Shown piece by piece: positions 44,968 through 54,390 of a stretch of DNA of 64,000 nucleotides. A model generated the notes under the pieces. It worked only from the letters and a program-made list of their open reading frames with translations, ran no database searches and was not told the origin of the DNA. Both the position numbers and the translations under genes were made by a program. Source of the stretch: Deltaproteobacteria bacterium (GTDB taxonomy: Bacteria; Desulfobacterota; Desulfobulbia; Desulfobulbales; JAJRZW01); contig JAJRZW010000032.1 in the NCBI GenBank assembly GCA_024275015.1, positions 30,755-94,754 of the forward strand, read 5' to 3'. Each line of letters opens with the position of its first letter. Position 1 is the first letter of the stretch.

Positions 44968-45810
44968 ATGAAACAGCACCTGTTTATCGCCCTCGCCGTC
45001 ATCCCTATCGCGGCAGGGCCGGCCCTGGCCGATAACGCCACCACCGTTTCTCTGGGATACTCCCGGACCAGCGGTGACTACGGGCTTGACCGTGACACCA
45101 CCGCCACCATCATTCCCTTTTCCGTCACCCGTAGCCAGGGAAAATGGTCGGCCGGGATCACCGTACCCTGGGTAAAGATCGAGGGTTTCGGCACCGTGCT
45201 CGTGACCGGCCGGGGTTCGCGGCAGATCAGCTCAAGCCCGAACGGAGGAATGTACACCTCAACCGGCCCGGGCGGCTACGGCTCAGGCGGCGGCATGACC
45301 TCTTCCACCACCGGATATACCCGGGTAAGCGAGTCCGGATTAGGCGACATAAACATCTTCGCCGGCTACGACCTTGTCTCCTCTGATAACGGCCCCACCG
45401 TCAATCTGACCGGAACGGTGAAATTCGCCAGCGGCGATGAAGACAAGGGCCTTGGCAGCGGCGGAACCGATTACGGAATCGAGACCGGGATAAGCTACCC
45501 GGTCGGCCGCCTCACCCCCTTTGCCACCGCGGGCTACACCTTCACCGGCTCCGGCGGCGGCGTTGACTATCAGGACTACCCCTACCTATCCCTCGGCGCG
45601 GATCTGTCAATAACCCGCGGCCTGGATGTCGCGATCTCCTGGGACTGGTCGGATTCCCTGAGCAACGACAGCGAGGCCGCGAGCGAAATCAACGCCGAAC
45701 TCGACCTGAAGATCAACCGGACATGGACCGCCACCCTGACCGCGGGCGCGGGGCTGAGCGACGCGAGTCCGGACACAAGCTACGGCGCGGGCCTGTCGGC
45801 CCGTTTCTGA
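44968..45810 (+). CDS. outer-membrane beta-barrel protein (MetA/phenol-degradation-like transporter family?)
   Basis: Signal peptide ending PALA-DN, a Gly/Ser/Thr/Tyr-rich alternating pattern, and the C-terminal sequence ...GAGLSARF. Confidence 0.5.
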   Translation: MKQHLFIALAVIPIAAGPALADNATTVSLGYSRTSGDYGLDRDTTATIIPFSVTRSQGKWSAGITVPWVKIEGFGTVLVTGRGSRQISSSPNGGMYTSTGPGGYGSGGGMTSSTTGYTRVSESGLGDINIFAGYDLVSSDNGPTVNLTGTVKFASGDEDKGLGSGGTDYGIETGISYPVGRLTPFATAGYTFTGSGGGVDYQDYPYLSLGADLSITRGLDVAISWDWSDSLSNDSEAASEINAELDLKINRTWTATLTAGAGLSDASPDTSYGAGLSARF

Positions 45811-45952
45811 GGGTAAAATTAAAAAGCGCCGTTCCGCCGGCGGGATGAACATTTTTCAGGATACCCATAGCATTAACCTCTGGATAACGTGATACACTGA
45901 ACCAAACGCAAGCAAAATAAAAAGACCAAAACCCATGAAAACGGAGGCAAAC

Positions 45953-46276
45953 ATGTTGACCTACATCATCGGAGTAATGGCAATCGGGGGACTCTTCTAC
46001 CTCATGATGCGTAAGGGCGGCGGCTGCTGCGGCGGAGGCGGCCACAGCATGAGTAATCACGATCACGGCAACCATGAAGGGCACGATCACGGCCACACTG
46101 ACACCCCGGCCGAGCCCCACAGCCACGACCATGAAGGCACGGCGGACAAAGATCCGGTCTGTTCGATGACCGTCGGCCCTGACGGCCCGGAGAGCACCTT
46201 CGAGGGGCGGACATACCGCTTCTGCTCCGATAACTGTAAAAAAACCTTTGACGATGATCCGGCAAAGTATGCTTAA
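45953..46276 (+). CDS. small membrane-anchored His-rich YHS/TRASH-domain protein (putative copper-binding)
   Basis: The ATG at 45953 follows GGAGG. One TM helix, then KGGGCCGGGGHSMSNHDHGNHEGHDHGHTD...HSHDHEG, then a YHS motif DPVCSMTV...YRFCSDNCKKTFDDDPAKY. Confidence 0.7.
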   Translation: MLTYIIGVMAIGGLFYLMMRKGGGCCGGGGHSMSNHDHGNHEGHDHGHTDTPAEPHSHDHEGTADKDPVCSMTVGPDGPESTFEGRTYRFCSDNCKKTFDDDPAKYA

Positions 46277-46354
46277 CCTGAATTCGTGAGCGTTCGGGAA
46301 TCGGACGAAAAGACCATTTTTGAAGACACCTTAAAATTAAAAAAGGGGGAAACC

Positions 46355-48787
46355 ATGACAACGGACAAAAACTTCACCGACCCGGTCTGCGGCATGAACA
46401 CCGATGACCCTGACGCCTTCAGCCCCTACGAACATGAGGGCGGGATCATATACTTCTGTTCCGATAACTGCCGGAAAAAATTTCTTGAAAACCCTGCCGC
46501 CTTTACCTCCGACAGGGAGGTATCCCATCATCACCCCGGGGCCGCAACGCAGACCTATACCTGCCCCATGCACCCCGAGGTGGTACAGGATCACCCCGGC
46601 AACTGCCCCAAATGCGGCATGGCCCTTGAGAAGAAAAACCCGCTTCCGCCGGTCTCCACCACCGACTACACCTGCCCGATGCACCCCGAGGTGGTGCAGG
46701 ATCACCCCGGCAGCTGCCCCAAATGCGGCATGGCCCTTGAGGCCGCAGTGAGCGCGGGGCCGGGCGAAGAGGAAGAAAACCCGGAATACGGCTATATGCT
46801 GCGGCGTTTTATCTTCGGCGCCATTCTCTCCCTGCCGCTGGTGATCATCGCCATGCGCGACATGCTCCCCGGCGGAGGACTGCTTGAAAAATTCTTTTCC
46901 GACACCACCCTCGGCTGGACCGAACTTGTCCTCGCCACCCCGGTGGTTCTATGGGCCGGATGGCCTTTTTATGTCCGGGCGGTGCAATCGGTGATCAACC
47001 GCAGCCTCAACATGTTTACCCTCATCGGCCTCGGGGTCTCGGTGGCCTATGTCTACTCCCTGATCGGGGTGCTCTTCCCGGAGATCTTCCCCGATACCAT
47101 GCGGAGCGCCGACGGCGCGGTAGGGGTATATTTCGAGGCCGCGGCGGTCATCGTCACCCTTATCCTCCTCGGTCAGGTGATGGAACTAAAAGCCCGGAGC
47201 CAGACCGGGGCGGCGATAAAGGCCCTTCTCGGCCTGGCGCCCAAGACCGCGCGCAAGATCAACCCCGACGGCAGTGAAACCGACATTCCCCTTGAACATG
47301 TGGTCCCCGGCGACCGTCTCCGGATCAGGCCGGGAGAAAAAGTGCCGGTGGACGGAACCGTGGTCGACGGCAGCAGCAGCATCGACGAGTCAATGATCTC
47401 CGGCGAGCCCCTGCCGGTATCAAAAAAGGCCGGCGACCGGGTGATCGGGGCCACGGTCAACACCACCGGCGCCCTGGTGATGGAGGCCGACAAGGTCGGC
47501 AGCGACACCCTTCTCGCCCGCATTGTCCAGATGGTGGCCGATGCCCAGCGCTCCCGGGCCCCGATTCAGAAATTAGCCGACCTGGTGGCGGGTTATTTCG
47601 TCCCGGTGGTGATAACCATCGCCCTTGCCGCCTTTCTCGTCTGGTATTATTTCGGCCCTGAACCGCGCCTCGCCTTCGCCCTGATCGCCGCGGTGTCGGT
47701 GCTGATAATCGCCTGCCCCTGCGCCCTCGGGCTTGCCACCCCGATGTCGATCATGGTTGCCACCGGCAAGGGCGCCGGATTCGGGGTGTTGTTCAAAAAC
47801 GCCGAGGCCATTGAGACCATGCGCCGTATCGACACCCTGGTGGTGGACAAGACCGGCACCCTTACCGAGGGAAAACCGAAACTGACCGGAGTGGAATGCG
47901 CCGAAGGGTTTACCGCCGACACCATGCTCGGGCAGGCCGCAAGCCTTGAACGCGGCAGCGAACACCCGCTGGCCGCGGCCATTGTCGCCGGGGCGGAGGA
48001 AAAAGGCATCGCCATGAAAGAAGCGGTTAATTTCGAATCGCACACCGGCAAAGGGGTCAGCGGCACGGTAAGCGGCAGCAAGGTCATTCTCGGCAACCGC
48101 AAGCTCCTTGACGACTTTCAGGTTGATCCCGGCGAACTTGCGAAAAAGGCCGAATCCATGCGGGCCGAAGGGCAGACGGTGATGTATGTCGGCGTGGACG
48201 GCAATATCGCCGGGCTCGTGGCAGTGAGCGACCCGATCAAGGAGACCACCCCGGAGGCGATAAAAAAACTCCACGCCGAAGGTATCCGAATCGTTATGCT
48301 CACCGGCGACAACCGCGCCACCGCCGGGGCGGTGGGAAAAAAACTGGGTATCGACCAAGTGGTGGCCGAGGTCCTGCCGGACGAAAAGGCGGCCACGGTG
48401 AAAAAATTCCAAGACAAAGGATCGCTTGTGGCCATGGCCGGCGACGGGATCAACGACGCCCCCGGCCTGGCCCAGGCTCACGTGGGCATCGCCATGGGCA
48501 CCGGCACCGACGTGGCGATGGAATCGGCCGGAGTCACCCTGGTGAAAGGCGACCTCACCGGCATCATCCGGGCCCGCAAACTCTCAAGGGCGACAATGGC
48601 CAATATCCGCCAGAACCTGTTCTTCGCCTTTGTCTACAACTCCCTCGGGGTACCAGTGGCGGCGGGAGCGCTCTACCCGTTTTTCGGAATCATGCTCAGC
48701 CCGATCATCGCCGCCGGGGCCATGAGCCTGTCGTCGCTGTCAGTGGTAGGCAACGCCCTGCGGCTGAAGACGGTAAAGATCGACTGA
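46355..48787 (+). CDS. copA: copper-translocating P1B-type ATPase with N-terminal YHS plus two HMBD modules
   Basis: DPVCGM...[11 protein letters not shown] is the YHS module. There are two copies of [25 protein letters not shown]. The core has CPC ([13 protein letters not shown]), [15 protein letters not shown] and TGE-region motifs. The ATG at 46355 follows AAGGGGG. Confidence 0.9.
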   Translation: MTTDKNFTDPVCGMNTDDPDAFSPYEHEGGIIYFCSDNCRKKFLENPAAFTSDREVSHHHPGAATQTYTCPMHPEVVQDHPGNCPKCGMALEKKNPLPPVSTTDYTCPMHPEVVQDHPGSCPKCGMALEAAVSAGPGEEEENPEYGYMLRRFIFGAILSLPLVIIAMRDMLPGGGLLEKFFSDTTLGWTELVLATPVVLWAGWPFYVRAVQSVINRSLNMFTLIGLGVSVAYVYSLIGVLFPEIFPDTMRSADGAVGVYFEAAAVIVTLILLGQVMELKARSQTGAAIKALLGLAPKTARKINPDGSETDIPLEHVVPGDRLRIRPGEKVPVDGTVVDGSSSIDESMISGEPLPVSKKAGDRVIGATVNTTGALVMEADKVGSDTLLARIVQMVADAQRSRAPIQKLADLVAGYFVPVVITIALAAFLVWYYFGPEPRLAFALIAAVSVLIIACPCALGLATPMSIMVATGKGAGFGVLFKNAEAIETMRRIDTLVVDKTGTLTEGKPKLTGVECAEGFTADTMLGQAASLERGSEHPLAAAIVAGAEEKGIAMKEAVNFESHTGKGVSGTVSGSKVILGNRKLLDDFQVDPGELAKKAESMRAEGQTVMYVGVDGNIAGLVAVSDPIKETTPEAIKKLHAEGIRIVMLTGDNRATAGAVGKKLGIDQVVAEVLPDEKAATVKKFQDKGSLVAMAGDGINDAPGLAQAHVGIAMGTGTDVAMESAGVTLVKGDLTGIIRARKLSRATMANIRQNLFFAFVYNSLGVPVAAGALYPFFGIMLSPIIAAGAMSLSSLSVVGNALRLKTVKID

Positions 48788-48810
48788 AACCGTTACGGCC
48801 TGCTACCCGC

Positions 48811-49680
48811 TCAGATGAGGATGATGGCCAGGTGCTTTTTGAGATCTTCCTCGACCCGACGGAAATAGGGCATGACCACCGGATCAATTATCCGGCCGAC
48901 CTCGGAGGCAATGATCTCCTTTGCCCGGGCAAAGCTGAGGGCCGGTTTATATGAACGTTTCGAGGTCAGGGCGTCAAGGATGTCGCAGAGGGTGAATATC
49001 CGCGCCCCCAGGGGAATTTCATCTCCGGCGATTCCCCTGGGATAACCGGAACCGTCAAAATGTTCGTGATGGGAATAGACAATCTCCGCCGCCGGGCGCA
49101 GGTATTCGATATGGCCGATGATCCGTTGCCCTATCTCCGGATGGGTATCCATGACCAGCCTTTCCTCATCGGTGAGCGGGCCGTCTTTAAGGAGAATGGC
49201 GTCGGGAATCCCGATCTTGCCAAGGTCGTGGAGCAGGGCCCCGAAGTAAAGGTCAACCAGTGCCTGATCGACAATCCCCATCTCCCGGGCGATGATGACC
49301 GCGAACTGAGTCACCCGGCAGGAGTGGTTGCCCACCTCATGTTCCCGGGCGTCAATAGCCGCGACCAGGGCCTCGATGGTGGAGAGAAAAACGGTTCCGC
49401 TACGATCAAGGGCGTCACCGATATAGATATCGCGGAAGGCACAGCGTTCGCAGCAGTACGGCCCGGCATCGCCATGAAAAAGCGGATGTCCGGCCACGAC
49501 GCCGCAGGCCCGGCAGTGGACGGAATCATCCCCCGGGCCGCGGGTGAATACGGCGGGATCACCCTGAAACTGCTCCCGGCAGGCCCGGGAACAGAAGAGG
49601 TAGTCCCGCCCCTGATACTTCACCCTTTCGGTATCGCTCCTTTCGGCCACCACCATGCCGCAGACCGGGTCCTTGATCAT
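48811..49680 (-). CDS. YHS/TRASH metal-binding domain fused to an HD-GYP domain
   Basis: The N-terminus MIKDPVCGMVVAE...YLFCSRACREQFQGDPAVF is followed by a second Cys cluster, CRACG...CCERCAF. The HD-GYP domain follows: ALLHDLGKIGIP ... HHEHFDGSGYPRG. Confidence 0.8.
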   Translation of the reverse strand: MIKDPVCGMVVAERSDTERVKYQGRDYLFCSRACREQFQGDPAVFTRGPGDDSVHCRACGVVAGHPLFHGDAGPYCCERCAFRDIYIGDALDRSGTVFLSTIEALVAAIDAREHEVGNHSCRVTQFAVIIAREMGIVDQALVDLYFGALLHDLGKIGIPDAILLKDGPLTDEERLVMDTHPEIGQRIIGHIEYLRPAAEIVYSHHEHFDGSGYPRGIAGDEIPLGARIFTLCDILDALTSKRSYKPALSFARAKEIIASEVGRIIDPVVMPYFRRVEEDLKKHLAIILI

Positions 49681-49877
49681 GATTCGTCTCGGGGTTCAGG
49701 TATCTGAGGGTATTTTGAAATAAAGGCATCCTTTTAATCAATACTTCATTATGGCAGAAAATGAAAACGATCATCCCGGCAAGGCTGTTTCCAGAGGCAC
49801 CAGCCTCTCCCCGCAGCGGCCGGAGGCTTCCCTCCCGCGCCCCTGCCCTCAACCTCTACCGACGGATAACCTCAATC

Positions 49878-51908
49878 ATGAAAACCGTTATCGCATTTTT
49901 TTTCCTGTCACTGTTTATCGCCGCGCCGTTTTCCGTCCGGGCCCGAACGGTTGAGTACGACCTCAACATCGGCTATAAAACCGTGAACATCGCCGGAAAA
50001 ACGGTGCGGGCAATGGCGGTGAACGACACCATCCCCGGGCCGGTGCTCCGCTTTACCGAAGGCGACCGGGCAGTGATAAGGGTCAATAACCACCTCAAAG
50101 AAGAGACCTCGGTTCACTGGCACGGCATCCTTCTCCCCAACCAGTACGACGGGGTACCCTACGTCACCACCATGCCCATCCTCCCCGGGGCGAGCCACAC
50201 CTTCACCTTTGACCTCAAACACTCCGGCACTTACTGGTACCACTCCCACACCAATCTTCAGGAACAGGTCGGCGTCTACGGCGGCATCGTCATCAAGGCG
50301 AAGAAAAAAAGGATCAGGGCCGACCACGACATGGTGGTCATGTTCTCCGACTGGACCAATGAAAACCCGCTCGCGGTCCTGCGCACCCTCAAACGCGGCG
50401 ATGAATGGTACGGGATAAAAAAGAACACCGCCCAGAGCTGGGACCGGGTGATAAAAAACCACGCGATCGTCGGCAGACTGAAACAATCGCTGATGCGGAT
50501 GCCGCCCATGGACCCCTCCGACATCGCCTATGACGCCTTTCTCGCCAACGGCCGGCCGATACTGCGGTTAAACGGCCTCAAACCCGGCGACACCGTGCGT
50601 CTGCGGTTGATAAACGGCGCCGCCTCCACCTATTTCAATGTTGACTACGCCAGCGGGGCGATGCGGGTGGTGAGCGCCGACGGCGTTGATGTTGTCCCGG
50701 CGGAGGCGGAGATCCTGCCGATGGCGGTGGCCGAGACCTATGACGTGATCGTCACCGTGCCGCAACAGGGGGCGGCACAACTGCGGGCCACCGCCGCCGA
50801 CGGCTCCGGTTTCGCCTCGGTGATCCTCGGCGCGGGGAAAATAAAGGAGGCAGCCGCCATACCCCCGCCCGACCCCTTTGCCGCCCTGCGTTCGGGGAAA
50901 AAAATGACGGGGATGAATCCCGGCGGCATACGGCTGCCGAAAAAACTTCACGACATGAGGCCTGATCCGGAGGGGAAAAAATTCACCTACGCCCACCTCC
51001 GCGCCCTCCGTTCCACCCGCGCACCGGCCGGCCGGCCGGTGCGCGAGGTGGTCCTCAATCTCACCGGCAACATGAACCGCTACCAGTGGTCGATCAACAA
51101 CATCCCCTTGAGCGAGGCCGACAAGATCCTCATCCGCCGCGGCGAGGTGGTGCGTTTCAAACTGGTCAACAAGACCATGATGGCCCACCCCATGCACCTC
51201 CACGGCCATTTCTTCCGGGTGATAAACGGCCAGGGTGATTTCTCGCCCCTCAAGCACACGGTCGATGTCGCCCCCATGGCCACCACGGTGATCGAATTCG
51301 TCGCCAGCGAGGACAAGGACTGGTTCTTTCACTGCCACATCCTCTACCACCTGATGAGCGGCATGGCCCGGATTGTTCATTACCAGGGCTCGGAAATCAA
51401 CCCGGCCCTGGCGAAAACGAAGAAAAAAAGCCGCACCGAGATCGACGACGACCATTTTTTTTCATGGGCCGAACTTACCGCGGCCACCCAGATGAACTCA
51501 GGCGAAATCAAGAGCGCCAATAACAGAAACGAATTCGGCCTGGAATGGGATTCAGACTGGAAGGACGCCTGGAGCGTCTCGCCCTGGTACGGCCGCTACC
51601 TCGGCCGGTTCCTCACCGTGTTCATCGGCGGCGACCTTGACGAAAAAGAAAAACTGGGGGTGGCGGGCCTGCGCTACACCCTGCCGTTGTATATCAAGAC
51701 CGAATTAAGGGTTGACGACAACGGCGATTTCCGCCTCGCGGCGGCGAGCGAAATCCAACTTATGCCCCGGCTGTTTTTCTCATGGAACGCCGACACCGAT
51801 GACGAGTGGCGCTACGGTCTTGAATGGCGGCTTACGAAAATGTTTTCCATCACCGCGAGCCACGACTCCGACTACGACGCCGGTGCCGGAATCCGGATGC
51901 GGTTCTGA
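49878..51908 (+). CDS. multicopper oxidase (CopA/PcoA-like) with a C-terminal CopB-like beta-barrel extension
   Basis: The ATG at 49878 gives a Sec signal peptide. Cu sites: VHWHGILLP, YWYHSHTN, HPMHLHGHFF, FHCHILYHLMSGM. The last ~175 aa (…LPLYIKTELRVDDNGDFRLAAASEIQLMPRLFFSWNADTDDEWRYGLEWRL…GAGIRMRF) resemble the C-terminal part of CopB/PcoB and end in Phe. Confidence 0.7.
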   Translation: MKTVIAFFFLSLFIAAPFSVRARTVEYDLNIGYKTVNIAGKTVRAMAVNDTIPGPVLRFTEGDRAVIRVNNHLKEETSVHWHGILLPNQYDGVPYVTTMPILPGASHTFTFDLKHSGTYWYHSHTNLQEQVGVYGGIVIKAKKKRIRADHDMVVMFSDWTNENPLAVLRTLKRGDEWYGIKKNTAQSWDRVIKNHAIVGRLKQSLMRMPPMDPSDIAYDAFLANGRPILRLNGLKPGDTVRLRLINGAASTYFNVDYASGAMRVVSADGVDVVPAEAEILPMAVAETYDVIVTVPQQGAAQLRATAADGSGFASVILGAGKIKEAAAIPPPDPFAALRSGKKMTGMNPGGIRLPKKLHDMRPDPEGKKFTYAHLRALRSTRAPAGRPVREVVLNLTGNMNRYQWSINNIPLSEADKILIRRGEVVRFKLVNKTMMAHPMHLHGHFFRVINGQGDFSPLKHTVDVAPMATTVIEFVASEDKDWFFHCHILYHLMSGMARIVHYQGSEINPALAKTKKKSRTEIDDDHFFSWAELTAATQMNSGEIKSANNRNEFGLEWDSDWKDAWSVSPWYGRYLGRFLTVFIGGDLDEKEKLGVAGLRYTLPLYIKTELRVDDNGDFRLAAASEIQLMPRLFFSWNADTDDEWRYGLEWRLTKMFSITASHDSDYDAGAGIRMRF

Positions 51909-51912
51909 GACG

Positions 51913-52407
51913 TCAGCCCTTAACGTAACAGCACTTCTTGTACTTTTTCCCCGAACCGCAGGGGCAGGGGGCGTTGCGGCCGATCTTCTCCACCCGCACC
52001 GGCTGCGGGCTGACCATGTCGCCGTCAAGGTAATACCAGGCGCCGTCCTCCTTCTCAAAACGGGCGACTTCGTGATGAACGACGGTACCGCCGGATGCCT
52101 GATAGCCGGCCCTGAACTCCACCACCCCGACCTCGTCATCAGCACCGCCCGCCTCAGAGGCAACGATCTCAAGCCCACACTAACCGACGTCCTGGTAGTC
52201 ATCATACTCGTTGTCAGGCGGCCGGGTAGAAGAATGGGTGCTGGCGATGACGTAGGGATATTCTTCCTTCACATGGGCGGTATAACGCGACCGCATCAGG
52301 GCCTCAGCCGTGGCAGCCTTTTTCTCTCCGCTTAAAAGCGGGCCGCAGCAGAGATCAAACTCTTTGCCGGAACAGCAGGGACATTCACTCATATTACAAA
52401 TCTCCAT
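51913..52407 (-). pseudogene. ychJ: YchJ/UPF0225 family (two SEC-C motifs) interrupted by an in-frame TAG
   Basis: Track ORFs 52180-52407 (MSECPCCSGKEFDLCC...LMRSRYTAH) and 51913-52125 (...GAWYYLDG...[18 protein letters not shown]) are in the same frame. The joining text reads ...[19 protein letters not shown]..., and the TAG (52182-52180) aligns with the conserved Trp of the W-x-G-L motif. Confidence 0.75.
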
Positions 52408-52613
52408 AAATCGGGTAACCGTTCAGAGCCCCTTTTACCGGGAGGAAGAGATTTTGGCAAGCAGATCTGGAACACAGCCGACATAGGCGGTATAATCCAT
52501 TCCGAATACCTTGAATCCATTACCGGGCGCCCCGCATGGCGGCGGGGTGAGTCAGGCACGAAGCCGTCACGGATTCAAGGTAATACCCAAAACCCAAAGA
52601 CAAAGGACAGGCC

Positions 52614-53963
52614 ATGAAAAAAAAGATATTTCTCCCCGAAGGTGAACGCATCAGCCAATGGTACAATGTCATCCCCGATATCCCGAACGGGATTGAGCCC
52701 CCGCTCCATCCCGGCACCGGCGAACCGCTGACCCCGGAGGTCATGGCCCCGATCTTCCCCATGGGCCTGCTGGAACAGGAGATGAGCGACAAGCGGCACA
52801 TCGACATCCCCGAAGAGGTCCTCGATATCTGGTCCATCTGGCGGCCATCGCCCCTGGTGCGGGCCAATTTCCTCGAAAAAGCTATTGGAACCAGGGCAAA
52901 GATCTTCTTTAAAAACGAGGGGGTTTCTCCGTCAGGCAGTCACAAGACCAACAGCGCCGTGGCCCAGGCCTATTACAATAAAATGGAGGGGGTAAAACGA
53001 ATCGCCACCGAGACCGGGGCCGGGCAATGGGGTAGCGCCCTGTCGTTTGCGACCCATAAATTCGGCCTTGAGTGCAAGGTATACATGGTGCTGATATCAT
53101 TTGACCAGAAACCCTACCGCAAGAGCATGATGAACACCTACGGGGCCGAGATCGTCGCCAGCCCAAGCCCCGATACCCCCACCGGCCGCGCCTTTCTCGA
53201 AAAAGACCCCACCACCCCCGGATCGCTTGGCATCGCCATCAGTGAGGCCCTTGAAGACACCACCAGCCGCGATGACACCCGCTACGCCCTTGGAAGCGTC
53301 CTCAACCATGTCTGTCTGCACCAGACGGTGATCGGCCTTGAGGCCAGACGCCAGATGGAACTGATCGGCGAGAAGGCCGACGTGGTCATCGGCTGCTGCG
53401 GCGGCGGTTCAAATTTCGCCGGACTTGCCGCGCCCTTTGTCCCCGATAAACTTGACGGCAGGGAGATTAAACTGATCGGAGTCGAACCAGCCTCCTGCCC
53501 AAGCCTGACCAAGGGGGTCTACGCCTACGACTTCGGCGACGTCTCGTCCCGCACCCCGCTCCTCTACATGTACACCCTGGGACACGACTTCATCCCCCCC
53601 GGCATCCACGCCGGCGGCCTGCGCTACCACGGGATGAGCCCGATCATCAGCGCCCTTTTACGCGAGGGAATCATCGAGGCCCGGGCCGAGCACCAGTTGG
53701 AGTGCTTTAAGGCCGGAGTCCTCTTCGCCCAATGCGAGGGGATCATCCCGGCGCCGGAATCGTGTCACGCGATCAAGGCCGCAATCGACGAGGCCATGCG
53801 CGATCCGAAAGAACCGAAGACCATCCTCTTCAACCTCTCCGGCCACGGCCTGCTCGACCTTTCAAGCTACGACAAATACTTCGCGAATGAGCTCCACAAC
53901 TACTACTACCCCGGGGCCGCGGTGGAAGAGGCGAAAAAACACCTGCCGAAGATCGGCGACTGA
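52614..53963 (+). CDS. trpB: TrpB2-type tryptophan synthase beta-like PLP enzyme
   Basis: 449 aa with [14 protein letters not shown] (PLP Lys), [11 protein letters not shown] and the long N-terminal extension typical of TrpB2. It is encoded away from trpEGD. Confidence 0.85.
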   Translation: MKKKIFLPEGERISQWYNVIPDIPNGIEPPLHPGTGEPLTPEVMAPIFPMGLLEQEMSDKRHIDIPEEVLDIWSIWRPSPLVRANFLEKAIGTRAKIFFKNEGVSPSGSHKTNSAVAQAYYNKMEGVKRIATETGAGQWGSALSFATHKFGLECKVYMVLISFDQKPYRKSMMNTYGAEIVASPSPDTPTGRAFLEKDPTTPGSLGIAISEALEDTTSRDDTRYALGSVLNHVCLHQTVIGLEARRQMELIGEKADVVIGCCGGGSNFAGLAAPFVPDKLDGREIKLIGVEPASCPSLTKGVYAYDFGDVSSRTPLLYMYTLGHDFIPPGIHAGGLRYHGMSPIISALLREGIIEARAEHQLECFKAGVLFAQCEGIIPAPESCHAIKAAIDEAMRDPKEPKTILFNLSGHGLLDLSSYDKYFANELHNYYYPGAAVEEAKKHLPKIGD

Positions 53964-54023
53964 TCTCCCGGACCGTTTTCAAGCCCCGGCATCCCCGCGT
54001 GTTGCCAACAGAGATCATCCCCG

Positions 54024-54051
54024 AACGCCCGGAATCCATCCGGGCGTTTTT
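54024..54051 (+). terminator. rho-independent terminator after trpB2
   Basis: AACGCCCGGA-atcca-TCCGGGCGTT followed by TTTTT. Confidence 0.75.
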
Positions 54052-54228
54052 CTCTCCCAACACCACGATGTGATACCGATAATTTTTATCATTTTTTGTT
54101 TGCCCCCTGAAAATGTGAAGTGATATCATCTGAAAGAGGAAAATTCCAACCACCGGACGATCGACAAACCAGGGTCAGGGTTGATGGTCGCCGCAGTCGG
54201 GAGACTCGTTAGCATACTCCTGAATCTG

Positions 54229-54358
54229 TGACGGCTTTTTCAACTCCGGTTGGGCAAACAAGTTTCGGCTAACCTCTCGATTTTGCCGGTTTTTTCAACC
54301 CGGCAAAATCGGCGGTGCGGACATCGGCCGCGTATAGTCCGTTTTCCAACGGACTGTT
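54229..54358. repeat. R1 repeat, copy E (inverted orientation; preceded by an R2-type terminal sequence cctgaatctgtgacgg)
   Basis: gacggctttttcaactccggttgggcaaacaagtttcggctaacctctcgattttgccggttttttcaacccggcaaaatcggcggtgcggacatcggccgcgtatagtccgttttccaacggactg. Confidence 0.85.
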
Positions 54359-54390
54359 AACACAATATTCATTACCAGGGGGAGGATGGC

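Noticed and set aside
46286-49877. Longer annotated starts for copA (46286) and the multicopper oxidase (49761); also 10256, 12013-13389, 15307-16887, 42285, 44385 and 45935
   Set aside because: The internal ATG/GTG codons have better RBS spacing and give proper N-termini (signal peptides or metal motifs). The extensions run into repeats or upstream genes. The start calls remain predictions.
47573-51455. Minus-strand ORFs 47573-48481 (opposite copA) and 50568-51455 / 49908-50486 (opposite the multicopper oxidase)
   Set aside because: These are antisense shadow ORFs of genes with unambiguous P-type ATPase and copper-site motifs.
52180-52182. TAG in ychJ as a pyrrolysine codon
   Set aside because: The position aligns with a conserved Trp (TGG), there is no methylamine-methyltransferase context, and no pyl genes are in the window. 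A nonsense mutation or base error is more parsimonious, though I cannot fully exclude suppression.
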